58,362 bases of DNA, filler included, from Sphacelaria rigidula (GCA_964200075.2; 10 parts of 10 records of this genome joined end to end with filler, not necessarily neighbours in it); one strand, 5' to 3'. Counted from the first letter of the whole stretch, positions 1 through 11,594 are shown. Translations and numbers: made by a program. The notes: generated from the letters alone by a model not told the origin.

Positions 1-3000
1 GGCCAACTTGCGCTTCCTGGTGGAGGTGTCGACCCCAGCCCCGTCACAACTTTCTGTGGTTCTGTAGTCTTCGGTGAGCTTACCCTTCCCGTATTCTCTG
101 ATGCTGCAATCAGCCGCGCCGCTGCGAGCTTGGAGGTCGCCGGTGACCACCAGCGCACCTGAACGTCGGCCTCACTGCCGACAGTCTCTCGTACGTCGAT
201 CACCTTGCCTACCAAAAACGGGCATTCGTCGGCGAGGAAGAAAACGAAGTCTCCCTCAACGAATGAGGGAATGTCGGGTTGCTCACCAGGGACGGCGCCA
301 CCGCTGGTGCCCGCCCCACCCTGCCCACTCACCCCGGAGTGCTGAACGACATCCCCCGACGTGTCATGAACAGAAGTGTCCAGCTCCCTACCCGACCAAT
401 CGCCGGGACTATATTCATCTGTCCCCGTGTCCTCTTTCGCCGCGCCTTGGGCTGGCTGCACGTCGTTGCGCCGCAGCCAGTGGCAAGGAAGATTCCAAGG
501 CAAGGAGCCCTTTGCGCCGAGTAGTCTGTGGGAGGGAGCCATTTCGGTTTTGATTGTCTCCTGCCTCTCCAAATCTGCGAGCACGCGTCAGCCAAAATGG
601 GATCAGGGGCGGCCCGTGTGCGACATCCTCGTGGTTTAGATTCGGCAAGATGATTGATTAATTGATCGCCGCGCAGCAAATGATCCCCCAGCAATCGAGC
701 CGTGGTAACATTATCGACAACCGGAACGGGAACACTTGTTGGATAAAAGTGAAGGACAATCACATACAAACCGTTAAAAAAAGGGTTGGTAACAAACTCA
801 GAACTACATAAAGTAGGAAGAAATATAGACACCCAAACTGGAATAGAGGTTGCCGGCCTTTGCGGCCTACCTCTTCCGTAACACGATGCGCGCAGAAGTA
901 CACACACGTAGTCGACAAAAACAAAACAAAACTCTGTGAACAGAGGACGACAGGTCCACCCTGACCGCCCTATCTGCAAATGAAACTGTCAGTACTGAAC
1001 CCCTCCGCAAATAGGTCCTCAACTGCAACTTGGGTACCCCGGGGTCACGCAGAGACGCCATTTTGAGTCAAAACAAAACCCACTTTCCCTACCCCTGTAT
1101 TGTACTCTTGGGTACTTTGGTTGCCCGAGGCCTCGCTGTCTACCTTGCGTTAGAGGTGTGCCCCATCTCTAAGCGCCATTTGTTTTAAAGAACAGAGAAT
1201 AACGAGCCTATAAAAGATTACACCCTTTTGACATACTGCCGTACAGGGGGTACAGACTTAAGGTCCGTGCACATCGTGAGACCACCGACCAAGGACTAAA
1301 TCAACATCGGTTACTGAAGTCGGGGATGCGTCAAGCGGAACAATTATAACAACAAGGTGGGACGCGATTGCAAAAACCGTGCACGCGCGACCACACGAGG
1401 ATAGTTTGTGCGGTGCAATATAGAGACGGGGAATCTCCGGTGTACGCGCACCTAGGGGGTAGAGGGACGCCAGGCGACAGTGCACGGCATTGTAGCGAGC
1501 CAGAACGCATGCCCGCGCGACTGCATCGACGACCTTCAGGTTGAAGGGAGGCGCTAACTCCATATCTGGGGCATCCGCTCGGAAAAGTAAGTGTGGGGGG
1601 CCTTCGAAGACACCGAGAGCAGTCATCCCGGTGAAGTCAGGCTTGTGCATGTACTACTGCTTCATACCAACGCTGACCTGGGCTGGTCCCGCAGACCGGG
1701 TCTCGAACGACCGCGGCGACGTTATGCCAACGATGGGTAACACGCGACCGCCGTCTGTTAGGGCCCCTTTGAAGTTGCCCAAGGAGCGGAGAGTGGTGGT
1801 GTAGACGGGCAGGCTCGTGTACGCAGCACTGAAGGCCTCTGCCTGCTGTTGTCTCGTGAACAGGCTAGAGCCCTTGCAGTGTACGGCGATTCTGTTAAAC
1901 AATTGCAATTAAGTACCAAAAGTGGTGATCAATGACATACTTCCACCTAAACACTGACCCTTCGATGTCCAAAGCAACTCGTGACATCGAGATATGTGTG
2001 GACGCTCATGTACTGTGCAACCATATAATATCTTCTTGCCCCTGCGAGAGTCGTACTGATACCGTACATAATTTGACATCGGAAAGACCACCCGCGTATC
2101 GGCATTATTTGCAGGACGTGCTCCGGGATTTTGTTTCGAATTTTATAATTGGTTGGAATTTCGTCCACATATTCTGTTATTTGATGACTTAGACTTCGTT
2201 CAACAGAGGAAGAGTGAGGTTTTACGAATACGAACCTAACCATGGTCTCGGTCCTGAATATTTCTATCAAGGTTGGGATTTACAGCCGATTCACAGCCCA
2301 ATGACCAAAGTCAGTTACCGCGGTAAATTCCAAAGTTTTACTGAGTGATCCCACGGTAGGGGTGAATTTGTAGGAGCCCTCCATCTCATTGGGGTTAGGG
2401 TTACGGTTAGGGTCGGGGCCTAATCCTGGGATGAGCGAGGCTATACATCACAGCCGGATGATCCAGTCGCATTTTTTATTTCGAAAATATGCATTGCTGT
2501 CGGGGATCCCCCACGTTCACCCCCAATAACACATTCTAGCCGCAGTTTATGCGGTGAAAAACATATACGATATGGGTTGCACGCGTTCGCGGTGCTTTGT
2601 CGCAACAACTCACCCCTACGTGTGCCATACGCGCGTACTGTCTGCGTTGGTGCCAAACACATCGCGGGGATTTGGGTCTGTCGTCCAATTGGCAACTCCG
2701 TAAGACCTCCCCAGGCACAGAACTCTTGTAAACCTTTACTCTGTGTCCAGGCACAGACTGGTCCGCCGCGAGGTTTTGTGTGGTGTGTGGTGTGTGGTAT
2801 GCGGTTGTGCGGTGTTACTCCCCGGTTGTGTGATTAGAAGTAGTGATGAATGAGTGCAGCCGTAGAAAGTGCGGGGATTTTGGGTAGCTGACATCACCAT
2901 TCCCTACCTTTTGTTCATAAATTACGCGAAATGTGTAAAGTATTATTATAATTATTATTATCGTCATTATTATTATTTCCGCACACTAGCCCGACCTCTC

Positions 3001-3604
3001 GTGGTCACATACGTGGGCTCGTCTTTCCAATACCATCCCTGCTGTTCCTTGCAAAAGGGTTCTCATTGCTTCTTTCGAGCCTCTCGAGAACCAACACACA
3101 AATAATAAATAAGAACCCAAACAAAACCGTAAGAGGGTACTCCAAGACAGCTGAAAATAAAAAGAAAATAGCCCCGCCACGAGCAGGCCGGGGAGTGTAA
3201 ACAATCGATTACCTATTCTAGATTTTGATTCGAATCGACCAATGTCGGCTTTTCGGTCTTCCACGCCCGTACGCATGATCGACTGTTCTGATCACGATAT
3301 GTTCTTCCATTCGATACCGATCTTCAATTTCGACGCACACTTCTTTGTACACACCTCGAGAAGACCTGGTCGATCATGATGTGGGTATGTCCAACCATCA
3401 TGAAGTCGACCTCAACCCGTCCGATTATGCCTCGAGCAACCAGAGCACCCAGGTACGTTAAGACGATGTGGTTCTTATTCTCGCCCACGCAGTTGTCGAA
3501 TTGGGCGTATAGTTCGTCGATGTACGCTGGGGTGCCGGCGCTGCAGTGCGTGTCGAACATTCGCGTCAGTGCCCGGTGAATGGAAGTGCATGTAAGATTG
3601 CTTC
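1..3604 (-). pseudogene. Spliced, decayed DDE-type DNA transposase (DUF7869/Sola-like), catalytic core plus C-terminal part
   Basis: Exon 3604-3355 (cag|...|gt) encodes GSNLTCTSIHRAL...LYAQFDNCVGENKNHIVLTYLGALVARGIIGRVEVDFMMVGHTHIMIDQVFS. It splices in frame (AG|A = Arg) to exon 1891-1452 RIAVHCKGSSLFT...LGNFKGAL...IVGITSPRSF, which has an in-frame stop at 1654-1656. A possible small exon starts at 1313, and a C-terminal segment near 500-1 reads VEGDFVFFLADECPFLVGKVIDV...VQVRWWSP. The DNxxxENKN and GHTHxxIDQxFS motifs are recognised from memory of this family. Confidence 0.75.
2392..2412 (+). repeat. Short interstitial telomere-like tract (GGGTTAGGGTTACGGTTAGGG)
   Basis: Read directly. It follows a ~50-bp fragment (2343-2390) resembling the repeat family seen at 8700 and 10530-10558. 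Confidence 0.6.
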
Positions 3605-3884
3605 CTGCGAAACAAGTACACGGCAAGGTGATGGCGGGATGGCGGGGCGGACAGTGTGCGATGTTCGTTAGGTTTGTGGGAGAAATGTTGTGGTGGACTG
3701 TGGGGTAGTGTGCTGTACCGAACCACGCGCCTCGGCGGTAGAAGTATCGAACGAATAAAAAATAGACTACGGCAGACGAAGAGTTACTTGCTTCGAATTG
3801 GGTGGGCGGCGGTACTACGCTATAAGAAAATCGAGATGCGAACCAATCATGCCGACGATCGCCTCACGGTATAATTCGGCGACT

Positions 3885-4302
3885 AACAGAGGATTCTATA
3901 AAATGAGGTTCATCAATGAAATGAGGTTCGAGCTCAAAATAGTACTTTCTCCACGCTTTCAGCGATGGTGCCCAATGACTTTCTTGTCGGCCTAATGCCC
4001 CTCGATCGCGTAGATACTTCTTCAGCGCATTTTACCGACTCTGTGAGCTTACAGCGCTGTCCAAAACCGCCCTTTTTTACTTTTTTTTAGGGGGGGGGGT
4101 GATAGCAGGGAAAACAGCAGTTTCGATCAGCGCTGTAAGCTCACAGAGTCGGTAAAATGCGCTGAAAAAGTATCTACGCGATCGAGGAGCATTGGGCCGA
4201 CAAAAAAGTCATTGGGCATCATCGCTAAAAGTGTGGAGAAAGTACTGTTTTGGGCTCGAACCTCATTTGATTGATGAACCTCAGTCTATAGAATCCTCTG
4301 TT
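3885..4302. repeat. ~175-bp inverted repeat (arms 3885-4059 and 4128-4302) with 68-bp spacer; probable transposon termini head-to-head
   Basis: Arm 1 (aacagaggattctata...ctgtgagcttacagcgctg) is the reverse complement of arm 2 (cagcgctgtaagctcacag...tatagaatcctctgtt) with scattered mismatches. Confidence 0.9.
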
Positions 4303-4495
4303 GTAGACCTGTGGCAAAATATTTGGATCAATATTTTATGTATTTTATCTTCGTTGAGGTGTCGAGGCGGCGCGATCGCGGTGCATACTCCCACCACCAA
4401 CCCCACCCCCACACATCACAGTACATCGTCGGCTTCTATCCTCTACATTTCCATTTGAGACAACAGTCGTGTTCGTGCTATTATGTTCGTGACAG

Positions 4496-4991
4496 ATGCG
4501 GGTCGTCTCCTGTTCGCTCGTACCCCGCCAGGCGTTTCGTCCCCTCAGACAGACGAGCAGTGCCGCGTGGAGGGAGTAGACAGCGCCCTTCAAGACAACA
4601 ACCAGCCGATCGTTGACACCGTGGCAGTCACTGAACCACAAGTCCGTCCGAGACGATCAAAGCGTGTGACCGGCCTCGACGCCATGAATGACATGTCTTT
4701 CCGCTGCTGCGCGAGGCTGAACTGCGTGGAACGGTTGATGTGCGGCCAATACGACGCGCAGCGACTGCGCATGGAACATTAAGACTTCGCTCGTCTCACT
4801 TCGTCGACGGCGCGTTCGGCTTGGGTGCGCGAGCATGTCCCATACGAGAAACCCGGAAGAAGGATGGGCTCTGTGTACGCTTCTGGCAGCTTGGTGTGCA
4901 ACATTTTCTGCGCTCATGCTTTCGGAGTGTCGAAGACTCTCATCGAAAACGCAAAGCGCAATCCAAGGGCCCCCGCAAAGAGGGCGATGCT
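4496..4991 (+). pseudogene. N-terminal exon of the same transposase family (Cys-containing region), with internal stop
   Basis: An approximate gacag|...|gtgag exon reads ...FRCCARLNCVERL...RMEH*DFARL...LVCNIFCAHAFGVSKTLIENAK. The CC..C and VC..F...GVS motifs resemble N-termini of DUF7869/Sola-like transposases. Confidence 0.55.
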
Positions 4992-5112
4992 GTGAGTACT
5001 GTTGTTGCCGTAGTTGTTGTTCTGATTGTCGTCGTTAATGATGAAAGTTGTTGCTATTATTGTTGTTGTTATTTTTGTCAAGAGTCCAGCAATGTCGACC
5101 GCTACACCCGAG

Positions 5113-5222
5113 ATTGACCCTTTGATCGCGAGGGTAGGTCACCTGCTGGATCGGCATCAATATTCACTTGAAAAAATATTGCATCATCCAGGCGGGCTAT
5201 CCCCACTGCGGTCTATGGGTTC
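5113..5222 (+). mobile_element. Degenerate copy of ~105-bp piggyBac-like mini-element
   Basis: ttgaccctttgatcgcgagggtaggtcacctg...ctatgggttca aligns by eye with the 8955-9066 copy. Confidence 0.5.
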
Positions 5223-5326
5223 AGATGAATCATATATTGTTCTGGCCGGTGCGAACCCATTTTATTTTCGTATTAATATTTGCCTTTGAGATTCACCTTG
5301 GGGTATTGAACACGCGGCCACTTTTT

Positions 5327-5747
5327 GGCACAGGAAGCAATGACTCGGGTGCTCGAGTCATGATGTCTTCTTCACAACGAGCAATTGCTCGCGCGCTCGA
5401 GAAATTATTTTTCGTAACAAAGATCGATGATTCTTTTACTCCAGTCCTGAATTTTTTGTCACAGCTAACAGTGACCCGTGTTCTTTGGTCATGTATTGTT
5501 GGTCACAACGACCAATGACTCGTGTGCTCGAGATTTTTTGTTTTCGCAACAAGAGATGGCTCGTGTTCCGGAGTGTATTGTTTTTGTCACAACGAGTAAT
5601 GCCTCGGGTGTTCGGGTCTTCTTCTTTTTTTCACAACGAGCAATGACTCGTGCGTTTCAGTCATTTCGTCTTTGTCCCAACGAGCAATGACTCGTGTTCC
5701 AGAGTGTATTTTTCGTCACAACGAGCAATGACCCGGATTTTCAAGTC
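5327..5747 (+). repeat. Degenerate minisatellite, ~10 units of ~41-45 bp
   Basis: Units follow the pattern CACAACGAGCAATGACTCGTGTnCTCGAG-T-rich. The array runs into the contig end. Confidence 0.85.
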
Positions 5748-5847
5748 NNNNNNNNNNNNNNNNNNNNNNNNNNNNNNNNNNNNNNNNNNNNTTAATTAAT
5801 TAANNNNNNNNNNNNNNNNNNNNNNNNNNNNNNNNNNNNNNNNNNNN
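5748..5847. other. Artificial contig linker (N44-TTAATTAATTAA-N44)
   Basis: Identical 100-bp spacer. The palindromic 12-mer gives stops in all six frames. Confidence 0.98.
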
Positions 5848-6236
5848 GTGTGTGGGAGGGGGAGGGGGGGGGGGGGGGGGGGCGATTTCGCACTCTCTTT
5901 TTCGTATCATATCATGTCATTAAACCGCGCTCTGCAATAAGCAAGGTGCCCCCCAACTTCTCCTCGTTTTTTTTTCTTCTTTTCGACAGATACATTCGTA
6001 CGCGTATACATGCCATACTGCGATGGCTATATTCCCGAGCATTGAGGTTGCCGTTGGTTTGGTTTTGCGTAGAAAACCCGCATGATGAAAACCCACGAAC
6101 GCGGGGAGAACGCGGCGATCCATTACCCCCGGGCGCGTCGGTAGCATACGCTACAAGTTTTTTTTTAGGTTTTTGAAGGGAGGAGACGCTACAGGGGTGT
6201 ACGTGCGTATGAACGATAGCGATCGGAAAACGATAA

Positions 6237-6238
<2 letters not shown>

Positions 6239-6273
<35 letters not shown>
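6239..6273. repeat. (AG)n microsatellite
   Basis: About 17 AG units read directly. Confidence 0.95.
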
Positions 6274-6275
<2 letters not shown>

Positions 6276-7403
6276 CCAACAACGCGAAAAAAACACATCC
6301 ACTTGTTCTCTTGTCTCTCGCGCATGTGTAGTGTAGATACACAACGGACGACGGGCGGGGCCTGACTGGCTACGAGTGCTACGACTGCTTTTACTGCTAC
6401 TACTATAATACTACCGCTAGTACTGCAGTCAGTCGTGGGATGTGTGTCTCCTCGCAGTCTGTGCAACCAGTGCACGTATGTAGTAGCACAATTTTCACGT
6501 GTATATATAGAGATAATTTTTGCAGTTTTGGATTTTTGATGGATACACTCTGTTAGACCTTGCCAAGAGATTTTGATTGAGGTCGGGGTATGTGGGTGGA
6601 GGAGATGGCACGGGGGGAACGGGAAGGTCACTGATATCGCGGTGGATTGAGGATGCTTTTTTAATTTTTTTTTGGGGGGGGGGAAAGGTGGTGAACGTTT
6701 ACAGTAGTAGTGTACATGAATTCAAGAAACACGGCGACGTCTTCATCAGGAACAGTTTTCACGGCAGGATGGATCGGCTTGTGCTGTCATGCGCTGCGTT
6801 CGTTTGCACCAGCGCTGCTGCAAATTATACCTACCTTTCTACTTCTACTTGACTTGCTTACTCTTGGAAATCGATTTTCACGTTGTAGGCTCGTCAACTT
6901 TAATTTCTCGACTCTTTTTTTTTACTATTACGAGGTTGTAATTTTTTTTTTATAAGAGATTACTGGCTTGTCAACCAACCGAGAACGGGTGTGTTTTTTG
7001 TTAATATATTTTTGTTTGCAATCACCACGTGCTTCTTCTGAGTTCGTTTTTTTCAGAGTTGCTCACATACATACAACAATATGTATACGCGATATATCTC
7101 TTTCGTACAATCTGCAAAAAGGAAGGAACACGCAGAGGGGGGCGGGAAGGGAGTTTCGGTGGCTGGTTTCTTATCATTCATATGGTATACACACAATATG
7201 CGTGTGATATATGTGGCGAATAAGACAAGCGAACGAAAACACGACGAGGAAGGGTCTCGGAAAGAGCCTGGCTAACTTAACTTTTCGCCGTTCCATTCTG
7301 TGCGGTCATCGCACAGAACGCCCCCCGCCCATGACAGCTGGTTCAAACGCTGGGGGGTCCACGCGCTCATACATACATGTGCTTGCGGGCGGGGAGGGGG
7401 GGT

Positions 7404-7935
7404 GGGGGGTACTCATGATCTTGCATGTCATAGTCATATAAGACCAGTGATCTTACATCCCTATAAAGCCGGGATCGAGCACGCCGGGTGTTCGCTGGAT
7501 CAGGCTCGCACTCAATCGCTAAGCGCGAAGCGCCGTGGTGTCTTCGGCGAGTCGCATGAAGGGTGAGCTGCATTCCGCAAAGATTCTTCGGCCCCAACCG
7601 TACTGATTGTCTTGTATTCGGATGACAGCATGCAATGAGTTCCTTCATTTTCTGGTATTATTGCCACTTCCAGAGACAGCCACGGTTAATACACTACCTC
7701 ATGGGTGTCTCACCATTTAAACACCACGTAGTACGATCACCCCCCTTTGTGCGGAGTTGAGGTTCTCCCACGCCGCACGACACAGGACATGATCTAGCTC
7801 GACCATCATCATGGTTACCGCGAAAAAAACGCAAGCGCGCAGAAAAAACGGTAACCTGGTTGCCTAGCATACGCAGTGAGTGGCGTGTTTCACAGCGTCA
7901 TCGCCAGCCAACCGACGCCAACCCCATAAGGGGTC
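7404..7935 (+). mobile_element. Interspersed repeat family R3 (fixed end GGGG(T)GTACTCATGATC)
   Basis: Colinear similarity to 20897-21135 (+), 30030-30543 (-) and ~43640-44238 (-). Confidence 0.85.
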
Positions 7936-8491
7936 GGGGAGTCGGTAAATATTGAGAACAGTAGATGTGTTTGTTGTGCGCAAAAAACGAGAATACTTAC
8001 GTGTCGTATCCCACCAACACAGACCGGATTGCCCATGATTGATGACTACCCGCGCTTAACTGAAACGACCATATTCCCATCAAACCTACTGTATACAAAA
8101 AAATTCTGCATTCCCACAAACTGCTGGCAGGAACAACAACGACATACACACGAAAAATGCAGAACGTGAATTCACTGCCGGAGTCATCCTACGATAGGGG
8201 GAGGTGGGGGGGGGGGTTCGGACCGCTTCTTGCACGAAATTCCAACAAATCGTCGTTGAAAGCAGCGAAAAGATTAATCTCCACGACGAGCACGAGAAGC
8301 TCTGAAGGTTTTCTCAACAGCGTCCTTCTCAGCAGCTTCCCCACCTCGAGGAGGTGTGGGACGCAAAAACTGGAATCAGTGGTTGAATGTCAAAATCCCA
8401 TAGATGAATTTATTCACGAACACGTACGTGCAGGATGGTGCTGCGATAGGAGTGCACAAATATTTTTTTCTGGGGTTTGAATTCCTGCTAT

Positions 8492-8696
8492 CAGGGCGTG
8501 TCTTAGCCCATGAATTTTTTATCGAAATTGTGCGGTGGAAAACAAAAATCCCGATCTGATGGGTCGCAATTTCAACCATCGTCGTTAATTTTGAAGATGG
8601 TTGGAATCACGACCTACCAGATCGGAATTTTTGCTCGCCACCGCACCTTTTCGATCGATAAATGATGTGCTAAGACACGGCTTGAGACACGCCCTG
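8492..8696. mobile_element. Fold-back MITE-like palindrome with CAGGG...CCCTG ends
   Basis: The left ~100 bp is the imperfect reverse complement of the right ~105 bp. No clean TSD is visible. Confidence 0.75.
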
Positions 8697-8954
8697 ATAG
8701 GAGCCCTCTATCTCATCCAAACAAGAACCAATGAAATACATTAGAGCATACCACGGTTGACATTCCAATGGGCTAGGGATATCCCGAATGGATTTGAAAA
8801 AAGGGAACGTCCTTACCCCTATTCTTGGGTAGCTGCTAGCTTTAGGAGGCCCTGATGAGGAAACATCTGGGTCCAAAGAATGTGCAACCTCTATCTTAGC
8901 ATGATACTGGATAGTCACTGCGGTTCGTGGCCGGGTGGGGTGAACCATTACCGG

Positions 8955-9066
8955 TCAACCCTTTGATCGCCAGGGCAGGTAATCTGTTGAACCGACACCA
9001 CTACTATTTTCACTCAAAAAGCCACTGCGTGACCCAGATTGCCTATCCTGACGGTCAAAGGGTTAA
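8955..9066. mobile_element. piggyBac-like mini-element (TCAA|CCCTTTG...CAAAGGG|TTAA)
   Basis: ~30-bp imperfect TIRs start with CCCTTTG. The right flank is TTAA and the left is TCAA. TTAA plus CCC termini is the piggyBac signature. Confidence 0.65.
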
Positions 9067-9564
9067 GCGACGAAATACGAGATTGTCCAAATTGAGGGTG
9101 GGTTGTTTTGGGAGGATGAAGTTCGAGAATCTTCATAAGCATCGAAATATTTTGAAAAATGAAATGTGAACGCACTATCCGACCGCGATGTGTATCCTTC
9201 CGCGATCTGTAAAATCTCTTGTTGTTTCCGACAGCAAGGACATTTGTTTTGTACGAGAATGAACGAAGGTAGAAATTGTTCGGGATAATAACCACGGAAT
9301 TTTACAAAATGCGGACGCACTCTTTTTGGGGGGATGGGCGAGGTCGCATGTCACGGCCGCCGGAGAGTACATTTGCCTGAATTTTCATTTTGACAACATT
9401 TCGGTGTTACTGAAGGTTCCCCAGGTTCATCCTGAAAGAACAGATCCCTCCATCTGTAACACCTTGTGTCAGTGACGACATGATAGTATGATGCGACGAA
9501 GACTGTGGTCGAAGGTTGGCGCTGTGTTTACACTCACTGCACACTGTGTTGTAGAGTGATGCCC

Positions 9565-9800
9565 CGATAGCCCCCCCCCCTCCCCTCCCCTCCCTCCAGA
9601 AAAGTGGCTGGTTTGAGGAAGCAAAACTAATATATGACAATAATCAAGATGGTGGCAAAAGCTGAGCGCCTCGAGCAGGCGGGAACTCCCACGTTTGGGT
9701 TCGTTTTCGCCAATGTCGCTCATATGAGAGGTGCTTCACGCAGTCTGAAACCAACTATTATGCATGCGGTGTATGGTCATTTTCTCGGTGGCCGTTTTGG
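9565..9800 (+). repeat. Interspersed repeat, second copy at ~22405-22610 (-)
   Basis: Shared blocks agaaaagtggctggtttgagga and atatgagaggtgcttcacgcagtctgaaa match the reverse complement of 22405-22610. Confidence 0.65.
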
Positions 9801-10057
9801 GGGTCGTTTTTTAGAGGGGAGGGGCTATCGTGGTATCAATCTCTAGTAGTTCAACGCAAACTACAAGCCCTTCCACTTTTTTTGCCCCCCTCCATCCGAG
9901 CCCTTCCGCTAGTACTTTCTGTGCGGTGCTTGTCAACCGCTTTAGTGAAGTCGTGGGAAGGGTTGCACATTTGGGCCAGGACGTTTCTCCTTGAGGGGCT
10001 CCCAAAGTTAGGAACTACACAAGAATATAGGTCATGTCATTCCGATCTTTGGAATCC

Positions 10058-10944
10058 GAGCAATGCTACGTACGGTAGGGGTGCACTTTTTGTGCAAAAT
10101 CTTGCAAGGGTCGGACAAGTGATGATTCGTCTGGAATTTACTAGGTTTTAGTATCATGAGTCGACTCGTGACGAATCAANNNNNNNNNNTTTATTTCAGC
10201 GTTGCAAGCCAGGTACACGCAGCCCAGACACGTGGAATGGCGCAAAAGTTTCGTGGGTACCCCTTGGACCAGCGATCAACTTCTTTCTCCCTTTTGGGTA
10301 ATGAAATCGTGAATTTGGTGATTTTGAGTCGTGATGGTTTGTCCTAACCGTGAAATCTTGTCTGGTTCAGGGGCTCCTAACGATTCTAGATGTACAAGAA
10401 TATGAGTCAGGGCACACCCGTTTACAAATTCGTTCGGGATATGTCCAGCACATTGAAACAGTAACCCTTTCGTACTCTCCCATGTTTCATAAGTCGTGTT
10501 TTGGATTACATAAAGGGTTCCTTACAAAAAATTGTGCACCCCTACTGTAGCATCACTCAGCCACCCGAGATATCCCTAGCCCACTGGAATGCTGAAAATA
10601 GTGGCGTGCTCTCACGTATTCCATGAGTCGTTTCTTTGATGATATAATGGACTCTGACATTACAAACCTGAAAAAGGCATTTGTGCACCCCTGGCGTCAT
10701 TCACCGAGTGAGTTTTGCTGAGGATGACCTAGGGATGATTTGGCGCAGTTTAGCAGTCTTGACGGGAAATACAACAAACATACTTGCAGTAAGTGGTACA
10801 GATGAATGTGCTGAGGATATCCCGAATGAATTAAATTGCAAACGGGGATGTCCTGACCCATATTCTTGTACATCTAGAACCGTTAGAAGCCCCTGAACCA
10901 GACAAGATTTCGCGCAAAAGTGCACCCCTACCGTAGCATTGCTC
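10058..10944. mobile_element. Composite TIR element(s) with GAGCAATGCTAC...GTAGCATTGCTC ends and long inverted repeats, interrupted by a hAT MITE
   Basis: 10058-10104 plus 10361-10455 is the reverse complement of ~10805-10944. A second right-end copy ends near 10558. Related fragments lie at ~8700-8855 and 2343-2390. Confidence 0.75.
10105..10352 (+). mobile_element. hAT-type MITE (family M1) with 8-bp TSD AAATCTTG
   Basis: aaatcttg|CAAGGGTCGGAC...GTCCTAACCGTG|aaatcttg. Contains a 10-N gap at 10180-10189. Confidence 0.85.
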
Positions 10945-11594
10945 CACAATCTACAGAGGTCGGCCCCCACCTCTCGGTCATGTGGTGAATAATATGTTGA
11001 TGACGACGGGAAAATAGTGTGTTGAAATACGCAAGGTTGTTTTCTGTAGGGTAAACCGGTTTAAATTCGCGTATTTCCAGAGGTATGGTAACATAAATAT
11101 CTTGCTTATCGGGAAATACCCTTCCGGACTATTGACACACATTTTGAGTGTTCCGAACAGGGCTCGATACCCTGCCGACTCATACTGTAAATTTTCGGCA
11201 TACGTCCCGTTATGATTTGGAAGGCCAACCGAAACTCCATCGTTTTCGGGTACAAACCCTACAGAACACAATAATCTTGAAAAGATATATACACAGATGC
11301 ATGCAGGCCCAATTCGTGGGCTTGGCAGAGGGACAAAAACCAAACGCACCTTGTTTTTCTAATCGAAGCTCTTTTGATCAACCGGCATAATATTCGTGAA
11401 AACTGAAACGACTGGGGTTGCAAGACAGAGTAGTAACAGTCCAGTAGAGCTAAGGATTTGTACGTGAACAATGGTTGGTACTCGATTTTACTTGATTTTA
11501 GACTGAACAAAGTTCTGAGAAAGTTCATGGTCTGGGGCAGATGAGCAGTGGACCCAGCTCGTCCAGAACGTGTTTTGGTCCAAAATCGGCTGAA

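Noticed and set aside
74..979. ORFs 74-553 (+) and 329-979 (-) as genes
   Set aside because: They are shadow or partial frames over the decayed transposase C-terminus and have no independent motifs.
5327..5747. CRISPR array
   Set aside because: The repeats are degenerate, the apparent spacers resemble each other, there are no cas genes and the context is eukaryotic.
5792..5803. TTAATTAATTAA as a biological motif or regularly spaced repeat
   Set aside because: It is always centred in a 100-bp N spacer, so it is an assembly linker.
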